From contig CP074575.1 of NCBI GenBank assembly GCA_018394315.1, positions 2,078,615 through 2,142,614 of the forward strand: a DNA stretch of 64,000 bases, given 5' to 3'. Shown here in pieces: positions 61,434-64,000 of this stretch. A program made the position numbers and the translations under genes. Within the stretch, counting starts at the first letter, position 1. The number at the start of each line of letters is the position of its first letter. Source of the DNA: Mycoplasmatota bacterium (GTDB lineage: Bacteria; Bacillota_I; Bacilli_A; MAG-NZ). The notes under the pieces were generated by a model. That model worked only from the letters and a program-made list of their open reading frames with translations. It was not told the origin of the DNA and did no database searches.

Positions 61434-62527
61434 CCTTTTAACTCCTTTCCGTAGAGACGGTATATCTTGGTAATTTCACCGCCAAATTTTTTGAAAGCAT
61501 TAATTGGTCTAGGATTATCTTCCATCATTGTACCTGCCTCAAACTCAGTTATGCCTGCTTCAATTAAATCATCAAAGATCACTTTAAACATGTGTCCAAT
61601 CAGTCCACTATTTTGGTATTTAGGGACGATATATTGCATCTGTCCTCTTGCTCTTGTAATTTTTCTTTTATAGTACATCATTCTAAAAGGTCTGATTTTG
61701 CCTTTTGTCCTATTGAATACCTGGTTAAAATCAGGCATTACTAAACAAAATCCAACGGGTTTATCAGTACCATTTTCGCGAGCAATCTTAATAAATTTGG
61801 GATTAATGAATGGACGCATTTGTCTTGCAGTCTGCTCTATCAATTCCATATCTGGTGCATCTTGGTAGATAATTTCATTTGTTGCAATCCTTAGGATTTT
61901 TTCAATATCCTTTAAATCATTACTTAAGTTTTTAAAATCTAAACTATCTACTCTTACATCATTTCTTCTTAAAAAGAACTTACTTAGGGAATTTAATCTC
62001 TTTCTCGAGTTATCATTAACATCCGCATTAAGAAGCACAGTGTCAATCGCTTTCTTGAATCCATATCGCTCTAAAAGTTTTCCATAATAATCATAGTTAT
62101 AAGATGTAAATATTGAAGGCATTTCATTAAATCCCTTGATCATTACTCCCCTTCTGGTATCAGGATCAAATGGACTAAATGTCCCTTCACTATAATCAAT
62201 CCCATTTAACTTCATATCTTCTTCCATGAAGCTAAATAATTCCTCTATAACAGAATAATTATTTATCGAATCAAAGTATGAGTAGTAACAAATTCTCTTT
62301 CCTTGTTTCTTACTATAATCATATGTAAAAAGCAGTCTTCCAACAGCTTGTCCGTTTCGTATACAAAGTATAGCTTTATAAGTTTTATCTTCTAATACTA
62401 TCTTTTTCAGTTCTTTCTTTTGAGCATAAAAAATAGGATATACATAATACTCATCATCCTTGTATAAATCTTTTATAAAATAAATAAATCGATTCAACTC
62501 TTTTTTTGTATTAACTTCTATAATCAT
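61430..62527 (-). CDS. Double-GNAT-fold protein (YghO-like)
   Basis: FI...LYK.D.YYV.P, YN..YY..L.E..GF.K..D, PDFNQ, K.YRLY. Confidence 0.7.
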   Translation of the reverse strand: MIIEVNTKKELNRFIYFIKDLYKDDEYYVYPIFYAQKKELKKIVLEDKTYKAILCIRNGQAVGRLLFTYDYSKKQGKRICYYSYFDSINNYSVIEELFSFMEEDMKLNGIDYSEGTFSPFDPDTRRGVMIKGFNEMPSIFTSYNYDYYGKLLERYGFKKAIDTVLLNADVNDNSRKRLNSLSKFFLRRNDVRVDSLDFKNLSNDLKDIEKILRIATNEIIYQDAPDMELIEQTARQMRPFINPKFIKIARENGTDKPVGFCLVMPDFNQVFNRTKGKIRPFRMMYYKRKITRARGQMQYIVPKYQNSGLIGHMFKVIFDDLIEAGITEFEAGTMMEDNPRPINAFKKFGGEITKIYRLYGKELKG

Positions 62528-62810
62528 TAGTATAACTCCTATCAAAAATTTAGCAACATTGGCCTACATAAAAACTTGTACTTCTCAATTTAAGCCTTTA
62601 TTACTAGCGATTCATACTCTAATAAGTTATTTCATTCATACTCATTATAATACATTAGCTACTGATTTGTAAGTACTTATCTTCTTTTGCGATAATGATG
62701 AATCATAATTTCTATAGCACATACCTTACTACCCATAGTTGAATAATTCGATAAAAATGATCAGATTAGAAAATTTAATAAGCACTGTTATAAAAAAACA
62801 GAGTCATATT

Positions 62811-62867
62811 TGAACTGCACCCCTTTCTTACTTGGTTAGTTTCCTCCAAGTTCTGGGGTGCAGTTCA
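62811..62867. mobile_element. 57-bp IS3-family-derived miniature inverted-repeat element with 4-bp target duplication
   Basis: TGAACTGCACCCC...GGGGTGCAGTTCA perfect 13-bp terminal IRs with TG/CA ends, inner ACTTGG/CCAAGT, flanked by TATT on both sides. Confidence 0.8.
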
Positions 62868-63015
62868 TATTACTCTGCTTTTCTTATGACGACGGCAACG
62901 GGTTTTGAACCAATACCGATGGTGTTTTTCACTGTTTAATTTTGACCACTTTATATGGTTCACTATAGCTGTTAAAAATAACAATTATTGGATTACAGTA
63001 TTATTTCAAAGAAAT

Positions 63016-64000
63016 TTACCTTGTTTTTCTTTCTTTCACTAATTGAATAAATCCAACAGGATTAACTAACTTAGTTCGATTCACATTATATGCGCTCTCT
63101 AGCATCATATCATTCATTTTAAAAACATCAATATTAGGATCTACTTGTAATGCCATTGCAGCTAAAGACACTTGAACTGGCGTTGTCCAACTGGTACCAC
63201 CCCTATTCCAATATGTATAATGATCATCCATAGAAGAATTACCAAGAGTATATGTAGTAGGGAAAGTGACTCTATCAGTACCATTAAAAATAGGTTCGTA
63301 ATTTTCTGGATTATCTCTATCTAGATATGGTTTAATTAATGCAACACCATTGTCTGCAAAAAACACTACCATCCCGTTATCATTTGCAGCTTCTACAGCT
63401 TCTCTAAAATCAGATATGTTTGACTCACTTGGATCTGGATTGTCAGAAAATCCAATTATTTTAATTTTTCCATCTTCGGGTAATGTTTCATTTATCTCAA
63501 TTACCTTATATATAGCTTCACTGTGACTCTTTTGATCACGGAGATAAGCTGGATGACCTATAAAATATAGGTTAACATCAGGTGCTGCTCCCACCTTATC
63601 ACCTACAATAAGATTAGCAACACTAATGCCGTGCATTGAAGTTCCATAATCTATTGCATTATTATAATCAATCCATTCATAATGGATATTTTTACCCTGA
63701 ATTGACTCGTGTGATTCTCTTAAATCTTGATCAATATACGCAATATTAACTCCCTTACCTGTTATTCCCTGCTCATGTAAAGAAGTAATACCTAAGACAG
63801 GACTTCTCCCCCATTCAAGTACTGTCTTTGGATCAAATTCCTCTGGCATATACTCACTGCTAGGAAACCTATCATTACTATGAATAGTAAAATTTAACAA
63901 GTTATCTAGTGAATCCCTAAAATCATAATCTGTAAAATCATTCCTAGCTTTATATCTAAACTCAGAAGGAACCAAATCATTCCCGTCTAAAGTAGGACCA
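63016..64000 (-). CDS. S8 (subtilisin-like) serine peptidase, 5' end outside window
   Basis: Catalytic triad motifs IAYID, MHGISVA, GGTSWTTP. Confidence 0.88.
   Translation of the reverse strand, partial: GPTLDGNDLVPSEFRYKARNDFTDYDFRDSLDNLLNFTIHSNDRFPSSEYMPEEFDPKTVLEWGRSPVLGITSLHEQGITGKGVNIAYIDQDLRESHESIQGKNIHYEWIDYNNAIDYGTSMHGISVANLIVGDKVGAAPDVNLYFIGHPAYLRDQKSHSEAIYKVIEINETLPEDGKIKIIGFSDNPDPSESNISDFREAVEAANDNGMVVFFADNGVALIKPYLDRDNPENYEPIFNGTDRVTFPTTYTLGNSSMDDHYTYWNRGGTSWTTPVQVSLAAMALQVDPNIDVFKMNDMMLESAYNVNRTKLVNPVGFIQLVKERKTR

Overview
AT-rich chromosomal segment from a low-GC Gram-positive-lineage bacterium (Bacillota- or Haloplasma/Mycoplasmatota-like, an inference from gene content). It uses the standard bacterial code, since several genes end in TGA. 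I see no rRNA, intact tRNA, CRISPR array, prophage or transposase. Content: metK with a variant SAM-I riboswitch, an ABC exporter, many GNATs and other resistance-like genes, a 14-repeat InlB-B/Flg_new surface protein, an FMN-binding lipoprotein and several sporulation-like small genes. Highlights: (1) a self-contained MarR / AhpD-like CMD / lipoyl-Lpd fusion / LplA redox module with no 2-oxoacid dehydrogenase E1/E2, visible operator palindromes and a probable ATT-initiated, Cys-bearing MarR; (2) a complete import-plus-catabolism operon for MTA or 5'-deoxyadenosine-type nucleosides with a divergent MtnA; (3) a TetM/TetB(P)-like ribosome protection gene behind an unannotated leader peptide and attenuator; (4) a 57-bp IS3-type miniature element with a 4-bp target duplication inside a terminator loop; (5) an ABC permease broken by a 27-bp copy of nearby sequence that inserts one in-frame TGA. 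Family assignments come from recognising motifs by eye, not from database searches.
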